DNA of 59,103 nt from Spirulina sp. Lineage in GTDB: Bacteria; Cyanobacteriota; Cyanobacteriia; Phormidesmidales; Phormidesmidaceae. Below, one piece after another: positions 8,505 through 19,017 of this stretch. Made by a program: the position numbers and the translations under genes. Below the pieces are notes generated by a model that was not told the origin of the DNA, did not search any database, and worked only from the letters and a program-made list of their open reading frames with translations. Each line of letters starts with the position of its first letter. The stretch's first letter is position 1. The stretch is taken from assembly GCA_044070495.1 (NCBI GenBank), contig JBIPSI010000033.1:1-59103 (forward strand), written 5' to 3'.

Positions 8505-9284
8505 TTAGAGGATTTCGTCATCAGAATTTGCAAGCAGGGTTCGCATGTGTTTTAGCCCTTGCTTCACCCGTCGCGAGACCGTTACGGCACTAATTCCCAT
8601 GCGTTCGGCGGTTTCTTTTTGAGTGAGGTCGTAGAGGAAAACAAATTCCAGCACTTCACGGGTGCGGTTTTCCAATTGTTGTAGAGCCTGCTGCAAACGA
8701 AGCTGGTCTTCCTGGGCCAGTTGGAAACTGCGGTATTTGCTGTCGGGCAGCAAATCCCCTAGGCAGGCGCAGTCTTCGTCCTGCATCGGCGCGTCTAGGC
8801 TGAGCAGGGATCGGTTGCGGCGGGCCATCTTCACATCCTGCCACTCCTCTAGGGAGATCTCGAGGGCTACCGCAATTTCCTGATCGTTGGGAATGCGGCC
8901 CAGGTTGATGTGCAGATCCCGAATCACTCGATGGGACTGGGTTTCTAGGGCCTGCCAGCGGCGGGGAATTCGCATGGAGGAACCCTTGTCTCGCAGGTAG
9001 TGCTGAATTTCGCCGCGAATGTAGGGAATGGCGAAGGAACTAAAGGCATAGCCCTTGGTGGGATCAAAGCGTTCAATGGCCCGGATTAGCCCCAGGCTAC
9101 CCACCTGCATCAGATCGTCAAAGGATTCGGTAGACCGCTGCAACCAGTGGTAGGCCTCCCGCCGCACCAAACCGATGTTGAGGTTGACCAGTTGGTTACG
9201 GATCTCTAGGGAAGGCTGCTGTTGGTAGTGCTGCAACAGTTCTAGGGTGTTGCCTTGGGCCTGACGACAGGAGTGAGCTTGCAT
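8505..9284 (-). CDS. sigF: RNA polymerase sigma factor SigF (group 3)
   Basis: DLMQVGSLGLIRAIERFD, FSSFAIPYIRGEIQHYLRD and region 4 HTH. Confidence 0.88.
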   Translation of the reverse strand: MQAHSCRQAQGNTLELLQHYQQQPSLEIRNQLVNLNIGLVRREAYHWLQRSTESFDDLMQVGSLGLIRAIERFDPTKGYAFSSFAIPYIRGEIQHYLRDKGSSMRIPRRWQALETQSHRVIRDLHINLGRIPNDQEIAVALEISLEEWQDVKMARRNRSLLSLDAPMQDEDCACLGDLLPDSKYRSFQLAQEDQLRLQQALQQLENRTREVLEFVFLYDLTQKETAERMGISAVTVSRRVKQGLKHMRTLLANSDDEIL

Positions 9285-9844
9285 AGCGATGTTCAGGAAA
9301 GGGCAAGGTCTAGGTGGTTAGACGGGAGGATTCTCATTGGTGTTATCAGCCTAATGGCGTAGCCTAGGACATCACAATGTCGTATCTACGGAGACAGTCA
9401 TTAACCTTTCCCTTAGTATAGGAGGCTACGAAATTTCCCTTCGCCCTGGGCTATGGTTGCAGCAATGGTGGCTCTAACCTAAGGAGTTTGACTCCTCCTA
9501 CTGTAGGAGGATATTCCTTGCTATCAGCCTTGTTCAGCGATTGTCGTCGTCGTCACTCTGCAAAAGGCTAAGATGGCCAAGGCAATTCCTACCTTGGGTC
9601 GGATCGTCCTGGTCTTTCCTGAAATGACCGCAGGTTCGTCCTGATTCCTGCTCAGATCGGGCCTCCGAGGCAGCAAAGCTTTTACATTCTCTTCAATATC
9701 TCCGCAGTTCTGCGGACTGCGCTTCACAGAACTTCACTCCGTTTCCCTCCGGCGGTTCTCAATCGGCGGAGCGATGACCTCGCGGCAGGATAGGGTGGCA
9801 AGTGGCACAATAGGGGGGTTATAAGGCTATGTTTCCCTCACGCC

Positions 9845-10834
9845 ATGGTTTTCTTTCACCCCAAGCCCGATTGGCAATTGTCTGAGCGGCAGGTGACCGC
9901 CGAAGCCGCCTTTTGGAATCGGCGACGCTTTATGAAAACGATGATTGGGGCTGGGGTAGGGCTTTCCGTTGCGCCCTTGGCCGCTTGCCAAACCACCCGC
10001 ACCATTGATCCCAAGCTAGAGAGAACCCTGGGGCGATCCCTAGGCACCGTTCCCCTCAATCCAGCCTTTGCCGATGCGGGGCGGGTTCCCACCGACCAAG
10101 CCTACGCCAGCAGCTACAACAACTACTACGAGTTTGGCAGCACCAAGGCCGTTTGGCCCAACGCCCAAGCCCTGCCCACCGATCCCTGGCGGCTGGAGGT
10201 GTCGGGGCTGGTGAACAATCCCCAAACCTACGACTTGGATGACCTCACCCGTCGCTTTCCCCTGGAAGAGCGCATCTACCGCTTCCGCTGTGTGGAGGCT
10301 TGGGCCATGGTGGTGCCCTGGATTGGCTTTCCCATGCGGTACATTCTGGAGGCCGCCGAACCCACCGCAGCGGCCAAGTTTGTGCGCTTCACCTCCTATT
10401 ACGATCCCCAGGTTTGCCCTGGGCCTGCCTATGGCTTTGCCCTCAACCTGCCCTGGCCCTACGTGGAGGGGCTAACGGTGGCGGAAATGGCCAATGATCT
10501 GGCCTTCTTTGCGATGGGCATCTATGGCCGCACGTTGCCCAAGCAGCACGGTGCCCCGATTCGCATGGTGGTGCCCTGGAAGTACGGCTTTAAGGGGGCC
10601 AAGGCCATCGTTAAAATCGAGTTTGTCGATCAGCAGCCCGCCACCTACTGGAACACGATTGCGGCCAATGAGTACGGCTTTGAGGCCAATGTGGATCCAT
10701 CGGTGCCCCATCCCCGCTGGTCGCAGGCCACGGAGCGGCTGATCGGGGAAACCACCAGCCTATTTAACTGGGAAACCCAGCCCACCCTGATCTACAACGG
10801 CTACGGCGATTACGTAGCGGATTTGTACGCCTAG
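9845..10834 (+). CDS. msrP: Protein-methionine-sulfoxide reductase catalytic subunit
   Basis: Tat signal RRRFMK; YNNYYEFG, RFRCVEAW and PWKYGFK motifs. Confidence 0.95.
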   Translation: MVFFHPKPDWQLSERQVTAEAAFWNRRRFMKTMIGAGVGLSVAPLAACQTTRTIDPKLERTLGRSLGTVPLNPAFADAGRVPTDQAYASSYNNYYEFGSTKAVWPNAQALPTDPWRLEVSGLVNNPQTYDLDDLTRRFPLEERIYRFRCVEAWAMVVPWIGFPMRYILEAAEPTAAAKFVRFTSYYDPQVCPGPAYGFALNLPWPYVEGLTVAEMANDLAFFAMGIYGRTLPKQHGAPIRMVVPWKYGFKGAKAIVKIEFVDQQPATYWNTIAANEYGFEANVDPSVPHPRWSQATERLIGETTSLFNWETQPTLIYNGYGDYVADLYA

Positions 10835-10850
10835 GGGTACATCACTGCGC

Positions 10851-10936
10851 CTGTGGCCCTCACCCTAAATCCCTCTCCCAGCGGGAGAGGGACTTTGAGG
10901 TATTTTCGGCTCCTAGCGGGAGAGGGGCTGGGGGTG
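10851..10936. repeat. Dispersed palindromic repeat (CCCTCTCCC...GGGAGAGGG family)
   Basis: Inverted homologue of 48967-49068, located between convergent genes. Confidence 0.85.
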
Positions 10937-10960
10937 TAGCTTGATTCCCGTCAGGGTGGG

Positions 10961-11425
10961 TCAGGCTAAGAAGGGCAACGCTACCCCACGGGCCAGCATG
11001 GCGGCAAGGAGGGGGATGAGGGCCAGACCCAGCAGTTCGCCGCGCACGATCCACACAAACCGCTGGCCCTGGGCGGGGGTGAGGGTGGGAGGTTCTTCCT
11101 TGCGGAGGCCACCGATCCAGGTAATCACCGAAATGGTGGGATAGAGGGACAGCAGACCCACCAGGATAAACAGCCCCACTTTGACGTGGAACACGGGGTT
11201 GTGGAGGTAGTAGGCGGTGCCTTGGCCGAAGTACATCACCCGCAGCACGCCCGTCACCAGCACCGTAGTTGCCGCTAGGCCATAGAGGCTGTCGGTAATC
11301 ACCAGTCGCCACGCCTGCTTGAGGTTGAGTTCTGAGGAAAAAAGCTGGTGTTCCATCACCAGGGCGGCAAAGGCCACCATGAAGCTGAGGTAGTGCAGGT
11401 AGGCGGTAATGGCGCTATTCCACAT
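10961..11425 (-). CDS. DUF2214-family membrane protein
   Basis: Four TM helices; AYLHYLSF, NPVFHVKVGLF and LLAAMLARG motifs. Confidence 0.85.
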   Translation of the reverse strand: MWNSAITAYLHYLSFMVAFAALVMEHQLFSSELNLKQAWRLVITDSLYGLAATTVLVTGVLRVMYFGQGTAYYLHNPVFHVKVGLFILVGLLSLYPTISVITWIGGLRKEEPPTLTPAQGQRFVWIVRGELLGLALIPLLAAMLARGVALPFLA

Positions 11426-11464
11426 AGTTTTTCTTTGCTGGGAAAATACTCCTGGACACCTATC

Positions 11465-12253
11465 TTAGACCGTCGGGCTGTCCTGGGCCACAGCGAGGAT
11501 GCAGGGCGGCGTTTGTTGGGCGGCGGCTTCCACTTGGGCCAGCCAACTTTGGGCCAAGCTTTCCGTAAATTGAGCGGCCTGGGTTCCGTGTTGGGCAAAC
11601 TGCTGCTGCACCTGATCGAGAAGCTGCGGCGATTGGGCCTGCTGCTCGGCGGAGAGGAAATCCCACCAGCCCTGCACAATCTCTAGGGTGGCCTCTGGGT
11701 GAAATTGTAGGCCGTAGGTGCTGGCCCCTAGGCGAAAGGCTTGGTGTTTGCAGCTATCGCTAGCCATCAGCCAATCGGCCCCGGCAGGCAGGTCAAAGGT
11801 GTCGGAGTGCCACTCTAGCATCGGCATTCCGGCGGGAAAAGCTTGCAGCCAGGGTTCTGGGGTCGACTGGGCCACGGGAAACAACGGCGTAAACCCCAGT
11901 TCTGGGGCGGTGTGGGTGTAGACCGCTGCCCCAAAGGATCTGGCGATCAACTGCGCCCCTAGGCAAATACCCAGGACGGGCTTGCCCTGGTGGTGAAACT
12001 GCCGAATCAGCGCCATCACCCGTTGCAGATGGGGAAAGTTCGCGTCATCCCAAGACTGCATGGGGCCACCCAAAACGACTAGGCCATCGTAGGGTGCCTG
12101 GGGGGGATGGGGCTGTTGGGCAGCGGCCCAGGTTGTTAACTGCGCTCCGGCGGCGGCTAGGGATTGACCCAGCAAGCCCGCTGGCACGGAGTCCCCATGC
12201 TGCACCACGAGCAGGTTGACGGAGGGATCGGCAGACACGGACAAAATCTCCAA
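11465..12253 (-). CDS. Type 1 glutamine amidotransferase
   Basis: LGICLGAQ and QFHPE catalytic motifs. Start codon uncertain. Confidence 0.9.
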   Translation of the reverse strand: MEILSVSADPSVNLLVVQHGDSVPAGLLGQSLAAAGAQLTTWAAAQQPHPPQAPYDGLVVLGGPMQSWDDANFPHLQRVMALIRQFHHQGKPVLGICLGAQLIARSFGAAVYTHTAPELGFTPLFPVAQSTPEPWLQAFPAGMPMLEWHSDTFDLPAGADWLMASDSCKHQAFRLGASTYGLQFHPEATLEIVQGWWDFLSAEQQAQSPQLLDQVQQQFAQHGTQAAQFTESLAQSWLAQVEAAAQQTPPCILAVAQDSPTV

Positions 12254-12259
12254 AGGTGG

Positions 12260-14575
12260 TTACGGCTGGCTCAGGAGTTGGTGGATGGCGGCAAGCAGTT
12301 GTTTGGGGTTCACGGGTTGGACGAGGGTGGCGTTGGCTCCGGCCTGACGGGCAGAGTCCACCTGATCGGGGGCGTGATCCGCCGTTAACGCTAAAATTTT
12401 AACCCCTGGGTGGCGGGTGGATTGGCCCAGGGCGCTGATGATGTCGTAACCGTTGGCGCTGGCCAAACCAACATTGATAATCACCCCAGCGGGCTGGAGT
12501 AGCTCCACCTGGTCTAACACCCGCGACCCGTCTACCACCCAAATCACCTGGTAGTCGGCGGCGGTCAGCATGTCACAGATGATGCTGGCGGTTTCCTCGT
12601 TGTCTTCCACCAGCACGATGCGCCCTACCACGGGTTCGTCGGGGGGAGGACTGGCGGTTGGGGGGGCAAGGGTGCTGCGCTGGTGGGGAATACGGACGGT
12701 GAAAATGGATCCCACACCAACCTTAGAGGTCACTTTGATCGATCCACCATGGAGTTCGACCAGTTGCTTGGTGAGGGCTAGCCCCAGTCCGGTGCCCTGG
12801 TATTCCCGCTGGCGCACATTTTCAAGCTGTTGGAATTTCTCAAACAACAGCGATTGAGCCGCCTCTGGAATGCCGATGCCCGTGTCGCTCACCTCGAACA
12901 CCACCGCCTGTTGTTCCCGCCGCACCCGCAGGGTCACCTTGCCCTCCGCTGGGGTAAATTTGACGGCGTTGCTGAGCAGGTTACTGAGAATCTGCCGCAC
13001 CCGACGCGGATCGGCCACGAACTTGTCCTGGTCTGGGGCGATTTTGAGGTCGAGAACGACATCCAGGCTATTTTTGGCGGCCTCAGCCCGAAAAGCATCC
13101 ACGCTCTGGCGGCTGAGGGAGGTGAGGGAAAATTCCCGGACTTCTAGGACGGTGCGCCCCGACTCAATTTTGGAGACCTCTAAAATGTCGTTAATCACGG
13201 CTAGGAGGTGCTCGCCGCTGGTGTGGATAGTGCTGAGGTAGTCCCGCTGGCGTTCGCTGAGATCCCCCAGAGACCAGCGCAACAGCGTGGCCGACATACC
13301 GATAATGTAGGTGAGGGGAGTCCGCAATTCGTGGCTCATAGTGGCCAAAAAGTCGCTCTTGGCTCGGTTGGCGGCCTGGGCGGCGGCGAGGGCATCCCGC
13401 AAATCCTGGGTGCGCTCAATCACGCAGACCTCTAGGTTTTGGGTTTGCTGCTGAAGCTGTTGATAAAGCTGGGCCTGGTTGATGGCGATGGCTAGGTGCT
13501 CGGCAATGTGGCCCAGGAACTCAATTTCCCAGGCTTCCCAGTGGCGCTGGACGCTGCACTGATGGACAATCAACAGCCCCCACAATTGCTGCCCCACCAC
13601 AATGGGCACCACCACCTTCGATTTCACCTCCACCTGATGCAGGAAATCGAGCAGGCAGGGCACCGCCGCATAGGTCTCATCAACGTTATCTACCACCACC
13701 GTCTTGCCCGATAGATAGCGTGCCCGACAAGCCAGGGAGCGGTTGAAGCAAAAATTTTCGGTGTAGTGCAGCACCGAGGTTTGGGTCTCGCTGGCCTTGG
13801 CTTCGTAGGTGATGTAGCCGCCCTGGCGATCCGCTGGGTTGGCGGCCAGGTGTCCCTCGACTGGAGTGGGGAGGGAGGGATCATCCGTTGCCAGGAATGG
13901 GATGCTGGGGGCAGCAACCATGCCCTCTAGGGCTGGTTCGGTCTGGGATGGGGCGAACTGGTAGATGAGTAGGCGATCCGCCTGGAGAAAGTGACGCACC
14001 TCCGAAACTGTGGTCTGCAAAATCACGGAGAGGTCGAGGCTTTCCTGAATTTTGGTGACTACCTGGTTCAACAGCAGACTACGCTCAAGCTGCCGATCTA
14101 GGCGATCCTGCACGGGCTTGCAGGTGAAGGGAGACAGGGCGGTAGCGCCAAAATTGAGCCACGCCAACACAAACTGCGCTTGGGCCGCTGGGCTGGGGTC
14201 GCCCAGGGTGTTACCGAGGGCAATTAGTTGAGTCCGCTGGGATGCATCTCTCAGATCGTCGCCCACTTGGGTTAACCAAGCCCAGAGGTCAGGGGGATCC
14301 ATCAGCAGATGAAGAAGCACCGCCTCGGAAAAATCAGCCCTCGAAGCTTCGCCTTGGCGAGTTTGGGATAGGCTTTGCACCAGCAGCACTACCCCAAAGC
14401 CAGGGCCAATCAGTGCCCAAAACCGCTCTTGATTCAAGGATTTCAGGGGATATTCGGCTTCGGTGATGAGGGTAAGCTGATGGCGCTGACTATACCGCTC
14501 TAGGAACAGCCCTATAGAGTCGAGTACTGCTCGGTCAACAACTTGTTCGGCACTACCAGGAAAAGGCCTAGGCAT
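12260..14575 (-). CDS. cikA: Circadian input kinase CikA (GAF, His kinase, pseudo-receiver)
   Basis: MSHELRTPLTYIIGMSATLLRW H-box, GAF domain, and a receiver domain with Asn in place of the phospho-accepting Asp (GVIINV). Confidence 0.85.
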   Translation of the reverse strand: MPRPFPGSAEQVVDRAVLDSIGLFLERYSQRHQLTLITEAEYPLKSLNQERFWALIGPGFGVVLLVQSLSQTRQGEASRADFSEAVLLHLLMDPPDLWAWLTQVGDDLRDASQRTQLIALGNTLGDPSPAAQAQFVLAWLNFGATALSPFTCKPVQDRLDRQLERSLLLNQVVTKIQESLDLSVILQTTVSEVRHFLQADRLLIYQFAPSQTEPALEGMVAAPSIPFLATDDPSLPTPVEGHLAANPADRQGGYITYEAKASETQTSVLHYTENFCFNRSLACRARYLSGKTVVVDNVDETYAAVPCLLDFLHQVEVKSKVVVPIVVGQQLWGLLIVHQCSVQRHWEAWEIEFLGHIAEHLAIAINQAQLYQQLQQQTQNLEVCVIERTQDLRDALAAAQAANRAKSDFLATMSHELRTPLTYIIGMSATLLRWSLGDLSERQRDYLSTIHTSGEHLLAVINDILEVSKIESGRTVLEVREFSLTSLSRQSVDAFRAEAAKNSLDVVLDLKIAPDQDKFVADPRRVRQILSNLLSNAVKFTPAEGKVTLRVRREQQAVVFEVSDTGIGIPEAAQSLLFEKFQQLENVRQREYQGTGLGLALTKQLVELHGGSIKVTSKVGVGSIFTVRIPHQRSTLAPPTASPPPDEPVVGRIVLVEDNEETASIICDMLTAADYQVIWVVDGSRVLDQVELLQPAGVIINVGLASANGYDIISALGQSTRHPGVKILALTADHAPDQVDSARQAGANATLVQPVNPKQLLAAIHQLLSQP

Positions 14576-14902
14576 TCGCTTGTTTAAGGGCTGAAAAGGC
14601 CCATTTCAAGTGGGTTCTAGTCAAATAAAGCCTGTTGTAAAATAGAGAATTAATAGACTAATATCCTATCGGTGCCCCATCCTCACAGCGCAAAAAAGGC
14701 TAGATATCTTAATTGTTAAGGATGGCGGTTGAAGGCGGAAGCCACGCCCCAAACGCCCCTTCTCTGCCTATCCATCCTCTGGCCATGGCTTTGGCCCGGC
14801 CCATACCTATAGTAACTTTGGCCAGAGCCCTTCCCCTGGAGAGACCAGAGTTCTTTCAGATTTTGGCCTAGCTGGGCTTCTTGGCCCCACCGATCACCGC
14901 TG

Positions 14903-16693
14903 CTATGGATTCTCGGCAGGTGTTGGTTCGGCGGGGGCTAGCGTCCAGTCTTTGATGGCCCAGGTGCTGGCATCCCAGGGGGTAAATTCCACCGGGGCGA
15001 GGCGGTTAGCCACAGCGTTGGCCATAGCCCGATGCACCACCGGAATCACGGCCACATCTGTGGCTAGGACACGGTTCATCTCCTGAAACAGTTCGGTACG
15101 TTTTTCGGGATCCAGTTCCGCCTTGGCCTGGGTCAGCAAACGGTCGTACTCCGGGTTGCAGTAGCGGGCGTTGTTGGGTTCCTGCCACTGGTTGGCCTGG
15201 GAGGCGATTTTCTCACAGATCCACCAGCCCAGGTAGGTCGTGGGGTCGGGGCTTTCGTTGCCGGTGGAATAGACCTGCATGTCGGCATAAAAGTGGTTGA
15301 GGCTGTTGGTGTCGTCGGGGTTGGCGGAGAAAAATTCATCCACCCGCACCCGCGCAATTTGCACATCAAGGCCCAACTCCTTCAGGCTGTCGGCCACGAT
15401 GGCCTGGGTTTGCTGCCGCACGGGGTTGACGGAGGACTGAAACAGCACCTCCAGGGGGGTGCCATTCCGGTCGCGGATGCCGTCGCCATCGGTATCCACC
15501 CAGCCCGCCTGCTCTAGTAGCAGCTTGGCCTTCACTAGGTTGTACTCGTAGGTGAGGTCAGGATCTTGATAGTCGGTGGGGGCTACCAGCAACTGGGCGG
15601 TAGGCTTCCCGGCTGGCCCATAGAGCTGATCGGCAATGGTATCTCGGTCAACGGCGAGGTTGATGGCCTGTCGCACCCGCCAATCGCTGAAGTAGGGGTG
15701 GGGGGTCTGGAGGCTGGCCCGTTCCCCCTCCTCGGTGCGGGCAAAGGGGTTGGCAAAGTTCACCATAATTCGCTCCACCTGCGCCCCAAACAGGTAGGAA
15801 ATTTGCCCCAGGGCGTTAGGCTTTAGGGCGGCTAGGGCCTCGGCCTCCACCTGAAGATTGTGGGCAAAGTCGGCACTGCCCCGCTGCATCACTTCCCGCG
15901 CAGCGGCATAGGGGGCAATGCCGCCCTGAAGCTCTACCCGTTTAAAGGCAGGGGTTCCATCCCAGTAGTTGGCGTTCGCTGCGTAGATGACCGTACCCGG
16001 TTCAAAGCCAATCGCCTGGTAGGGGCCAGTGCCCACGGGCTGAAGGTTGGCGGGGGCCTCACGGGCATTGAGGCCGTTGTAGTCGGCGTAGTGGTGCTGA
16101 GGCAAAATCATCCCCGTCTGCCCGGTGAAGGGTACATCCCAGGCTGGGGTGGGGCCAGTAAAGGTAATTTTCACCCGATGATCGTCCAGGGCTTCCACCG
16201 ATTCCACCCCTTCGTAGTACTGGGCGGTGGCGGCGGCCACCTCCGGGTTACGGATGAACTCGAAGGTAAACACCACATCCTCGGCGGTGAAGGGTTCGCC
16301 GTCGGCCCAGGTCACATCCTGGCGCAGCGTCCAGGTGACGCTGGTGCCGTCTTCAGCTAGGCCCCCATTCTCCTCGGTGGGGATTTCGGCGGCCAAAAAG
16401 GGCACCAGTTCCCCCGCCTGGTTGTAGCTGGCTAGGGGTTCGTAGCTGAGGCGGGCGGCCTCAAAATCTTGGTAGCCCGTAGACAGGTGGGGGTTGAGGG
16501 TAACCACAGAACGACCGTAGAGCAACCGCAGGGTATCAGGATCCCGCTGAACCGCAGCCTCCCCCGCTTCCGTCTGAACGGTTCCATCCTCCGGCACCAC
16601 CGGGCTACAGGCCGCCGCCCCCAACAACGACAACCCAGCCGCCAGGGCAACTACCCCACGGAATCCAGCTTTTACCATAGCCGCGTTAACCAT
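14903..16693 (-). CDS. Peptide ABC transporter substrate-binding lipoprotein
   Basis: Lipobox AAAC; LRQDVTWADGEPFTAEDV and PVGTGPY family-5 SBP motifs. Confidence 0.92.
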   Translation of the reverse strand: MVNAAMVKAGFRGVVALAAGLSLLGAAACSPVVPEDGTVQTEAGEAAVQRDPDTLRLLYGRSVVTLNPHLSTGYQDFEAARLSYEPLASYNQAGELVPFLAAEIPTEENGGLAEDGTSVTWTLRQDVTWADGEPFTAEDVVFTFEFIRNPEVAAATAQYYEGVESVEALDDHRVKITFTGPTPAWDVPFTGQTGMILPQHHYADYNGLNAREAPANLQPVGTGPYQAIGFEPGTVIYAANANYWDGTPAFKRVELQGGIAPYAAAREVMQRGSADFAHNLQVEAEALAALKPNALGQISYLFGAQVERIMVNFANPFARTEEGERASLQTPHPYFSDWRVRQAINLAVDRDTIADQLYGPAGKPTAQLLVAPTDYQDPDLTYEYNLVKAKLLLEQAGWVDTDGDGIRDRNGTPLEVLFQSSVNPVRQQTQAIVADSLKELGLDVQIARVRVDEFFSANPDDTNSLNHFYADMQVYSTGNESPDPTTYLGWWICEKIASQANQWQEPNNARYCNPEYDRLLTQAKAELDPEKRTELFQEMNRVLATDVAVIPVVHRAMANAVANRLAPVEFTPWDASTWAIKDWTLAPAEPTPAENP

Positions 16694-16907
16694 AAGTCGC
16701 GTTAACCATAACTTTAAGAATAGATTGCAGACCCAGCCGCACCAGTCGGCCCAATGTCTGCCAGACGCTGGCCCCTGGTAGCTGGTTCCCAAGCAATACG
16801 CCTACTCCCTATCCTACCTGCGAGATTCTTCCCTTGGCAGCGGGGCTAGGGCTGGGGCGGCAAGGGTAGCTCAATCCCCAACTTGCCGCCCATCACCTTT
16901 TTCCCAT

Positions 16908-17036
16908 TCATCCTACTCCTCCTGCCAATAGCGTCTTACTTAAAACGATGGCTTCAACCTTTTCACGAGTAATGCCTAATCGACGTTGCCATTGCTGTTG
17001 GCGTTCCTCCGCGTGTCTCGTCCAGAAAATTTGCAT
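16908..17036 (-). pseudogene. Internally deleted DUF4258-like toxin remnant
   Basis: MQIFWTRHAEERQQQWQRRLGITREKVEAIV resembles the DUF4258 start (T-x-HAxER). A C-terminus-like VRRYWQEE* follows in another frame. Confidence 0.55.
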
Positions 17037-17058
17037 GGGCTTGTCTTCACCCAGTCTT

Positions 17059-17080
17059 GTAGGGTGAGCAGTGCCCAGCC
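17059..17080 (+). repeat. Degenerate REP-like GTAG palindrome
   Basis: GTAGGGTGAGCAGTGCCCAGCC, related to the palindromes at 33651-33671 and 45560-45576. Confidence 0.55.
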
Positions 17081-17257
17081 AGCCCTGTCAAGGTGGTTCA
17101 ACTATTCCCCAAACGTCCATAGACTAAGGGACTCCGGCCACGACCGCTAGGGAGTTTACTCCCTAGCTCATCGCAGAAGTCTGCTAAAGCAGACTGGGGA
17201 ACCCGGCTCCCAAGCCTCTTCAGAGGATTTCGACGTTGAGCCTGGGACTTCTAGTCC

Positions 17258-18301
17258 TTGGCTCAGCGGCCAATCCTAGGGATCGCGATCGCCCCCAAAA
17301 CCTGCCTCACCTTACTAGGTCAAGATTTGGATTACCTATGGGACACCCAAGTAAACTTTGGAGGGGTGTTTCCTGATATGGTAGCAAAGTTACCTAATGA
17401 AGTCATGCTTGTTTTTGAGCATAAAGTTTGGGCTAATCTACATCCTGGCCAGTTAGATAACTACAAGCAATTCTCTTATGAAAATTATTCAAGTTTTCAT
17501 CTGATCCTCATTACAGCTAGTGAGTCACAGCATCTTTAAGATCCTGACTTGTCGCTTTGCTGGAAAGATATTTATATGTGGATTCAAGACTGGATCCAGC
17601 CAGAAGAAGAAGCAAACTTTATCTTCTTAGATTTCTTAAATCTTTTACGAGAAGAAGGTCTAGGGCCAGTAGCCCCCGTCTCTCACGGGGGGATTTTGTC
17701 ATACTATTCCGCTAGGGGCTTTAGAGATCAAGTAATAAATCTAATACAGCAAGCCGAAAAACGAGATTGGTCTCATATTCATCCGCAGATAAGTGTTCAT
17801 GGCTTCAAAAAGCCCAACGGCAAGGTCTTCTATGACGCAAATGGACGTGTAGCCTTGCTAGTACTTGACAATGGTTGCCCATCACTAACCACAGGATTTA
17901 TTTTGGATTGGGAGCATTATCATACACCGCCAATCTTGGGAACGAGAAGCCCAGACTTTGCTGTAATTTTAAGATTTACGGGCAAATATCCAGACAAGTA
18001 CTTTGACTTAAAGGTTTATCAGGATTTTGTGGGAAAACTAGAAAATAGGATGAATTTATTAGGCGACGGATGGATTTTCCATAATCACATAGACGACAAA
18101 CAAATAAGTCAAAAACATAAAGGTTTCCCGATCCATATTAGAAAGCCTATGATTGATTTACTTCGTGGCACTGAAAGTTCTGAGGATCAGGTTAATCGAT
18201 TTATGAAGGCGAACGAGACTATCCTGAAAGAAATTTTAGCGTGCCAGGAATTTTGGGATATGCGTCAAGCCTTTGTGGAAGAGGCTAGTCAAGACGAGTA
18301 A
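17258..18301 (+). pseudogene. PD-(D/E)XK nuclease-family gene with an internal stop
   Basis: Two same-frame ORFs separated by TAA at 17537-17539. PDMV...FEHK...QLDNY motif, low GC, no clear start codon. Confidence 0.75.
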
Positions 18302-18317
18302 CTTATCGCAAAGAAAA

Positions 18318-18695
18318 TTATGATGCAGCCAACAACTTCATTATTGACTGGATAGCGATCTTAATGGATGGAAGATAACGCTGACAAATATAAAAAATAA
18401 CCTCTGTATCGATATCCCCATAATGGTGACTGAGAATATCACGGGTTCCTTTAGCACCTTTCCAGTCAACGTCTGGATAAGCCTTGAGTAAATCTTGACC
18501 GCCTACTTTTTCTAAAGCCTTGATATTCTCGCCGATCCAAATGAGCATCATGGCGATTCCGTCTAGCTTGTCTATACCCTCATCTCCTGCCAAGAAATCT
18601 CCAGCAGATTGTATTCCCTCAAATCGTCGTTCAATGCGATCAATAGCCTCTAAAATCTGGCGCAGAATCTCGCGCTGCAATTCGAGATCAGACAT
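18318..18695 (-). CDS. DUF86/HepT-like HEPN RNase toxin
   Basis: RDILSHHY (RX4HXY) motif; overlaps the upstream MNT stop. Confidence 0.9.
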   Translation of the reverse strand: MSDLELQREILRQILEAIDRIERRFEGIQSAGDFLAGDEGIDKLDGIAMMLIWIGENIKALEKVGGQDLLKAYPDVDWKGAKGTRDILSHHYGDIDTEVIFYICQRYLPSIKIAIQSIMKLLAAS

Positions 18696-18990
18696 AGATC
18701 GCTTCTTGGTCAATGCGCTGTTTTAGAACAGGATTCATGGTTGGTCGATATCTAACCAGATCAACAGGAACCTGTAATGCCAATTGAAGATGATCCTTCA
18801 GATGAACCATCGCGAAAAGATCCGGGGCCATTTCAACCACAATATCTACGTCACTCATCGCTGTGGTTTGATCTCTCGCAACAGAGCCAAAAACCCCTAA
18901 ACGCGCAACACCATACCGCTCTACCAAGAGAGGCTTGAGCTGGTGCAGTGTTTTAAGTACCTGGCTGCGCTGGAGAGTTTCTATCGCCAT
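18688..18990 (-). CDS. MntA-like nucleotidyltransferase antitoxin
   Basis: VFGSVARD...SDVDIVVE, 100 aa. Confidence 0.9.
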   Translation of the reverse strand: MAIETLQRSQVLKTLHQLKPLLVERYGVARLGVFGSVARDQTTAMSDVDIVVEMAPDLFAMVHLKDHLQLALQVPVDLVRYRPTMNPVLKQRIDQEAIYV

Positions 18991-19017
18991 ACGCTTAACT
19001 ACCTGTCCATAAACGCC

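Noticed and set aside
9300..9840. Possible ncRNA or small ORFs between sigF and msrP
   Set aside because: Short dyads and tiny ORFs only; no recognisable family or coding signal.
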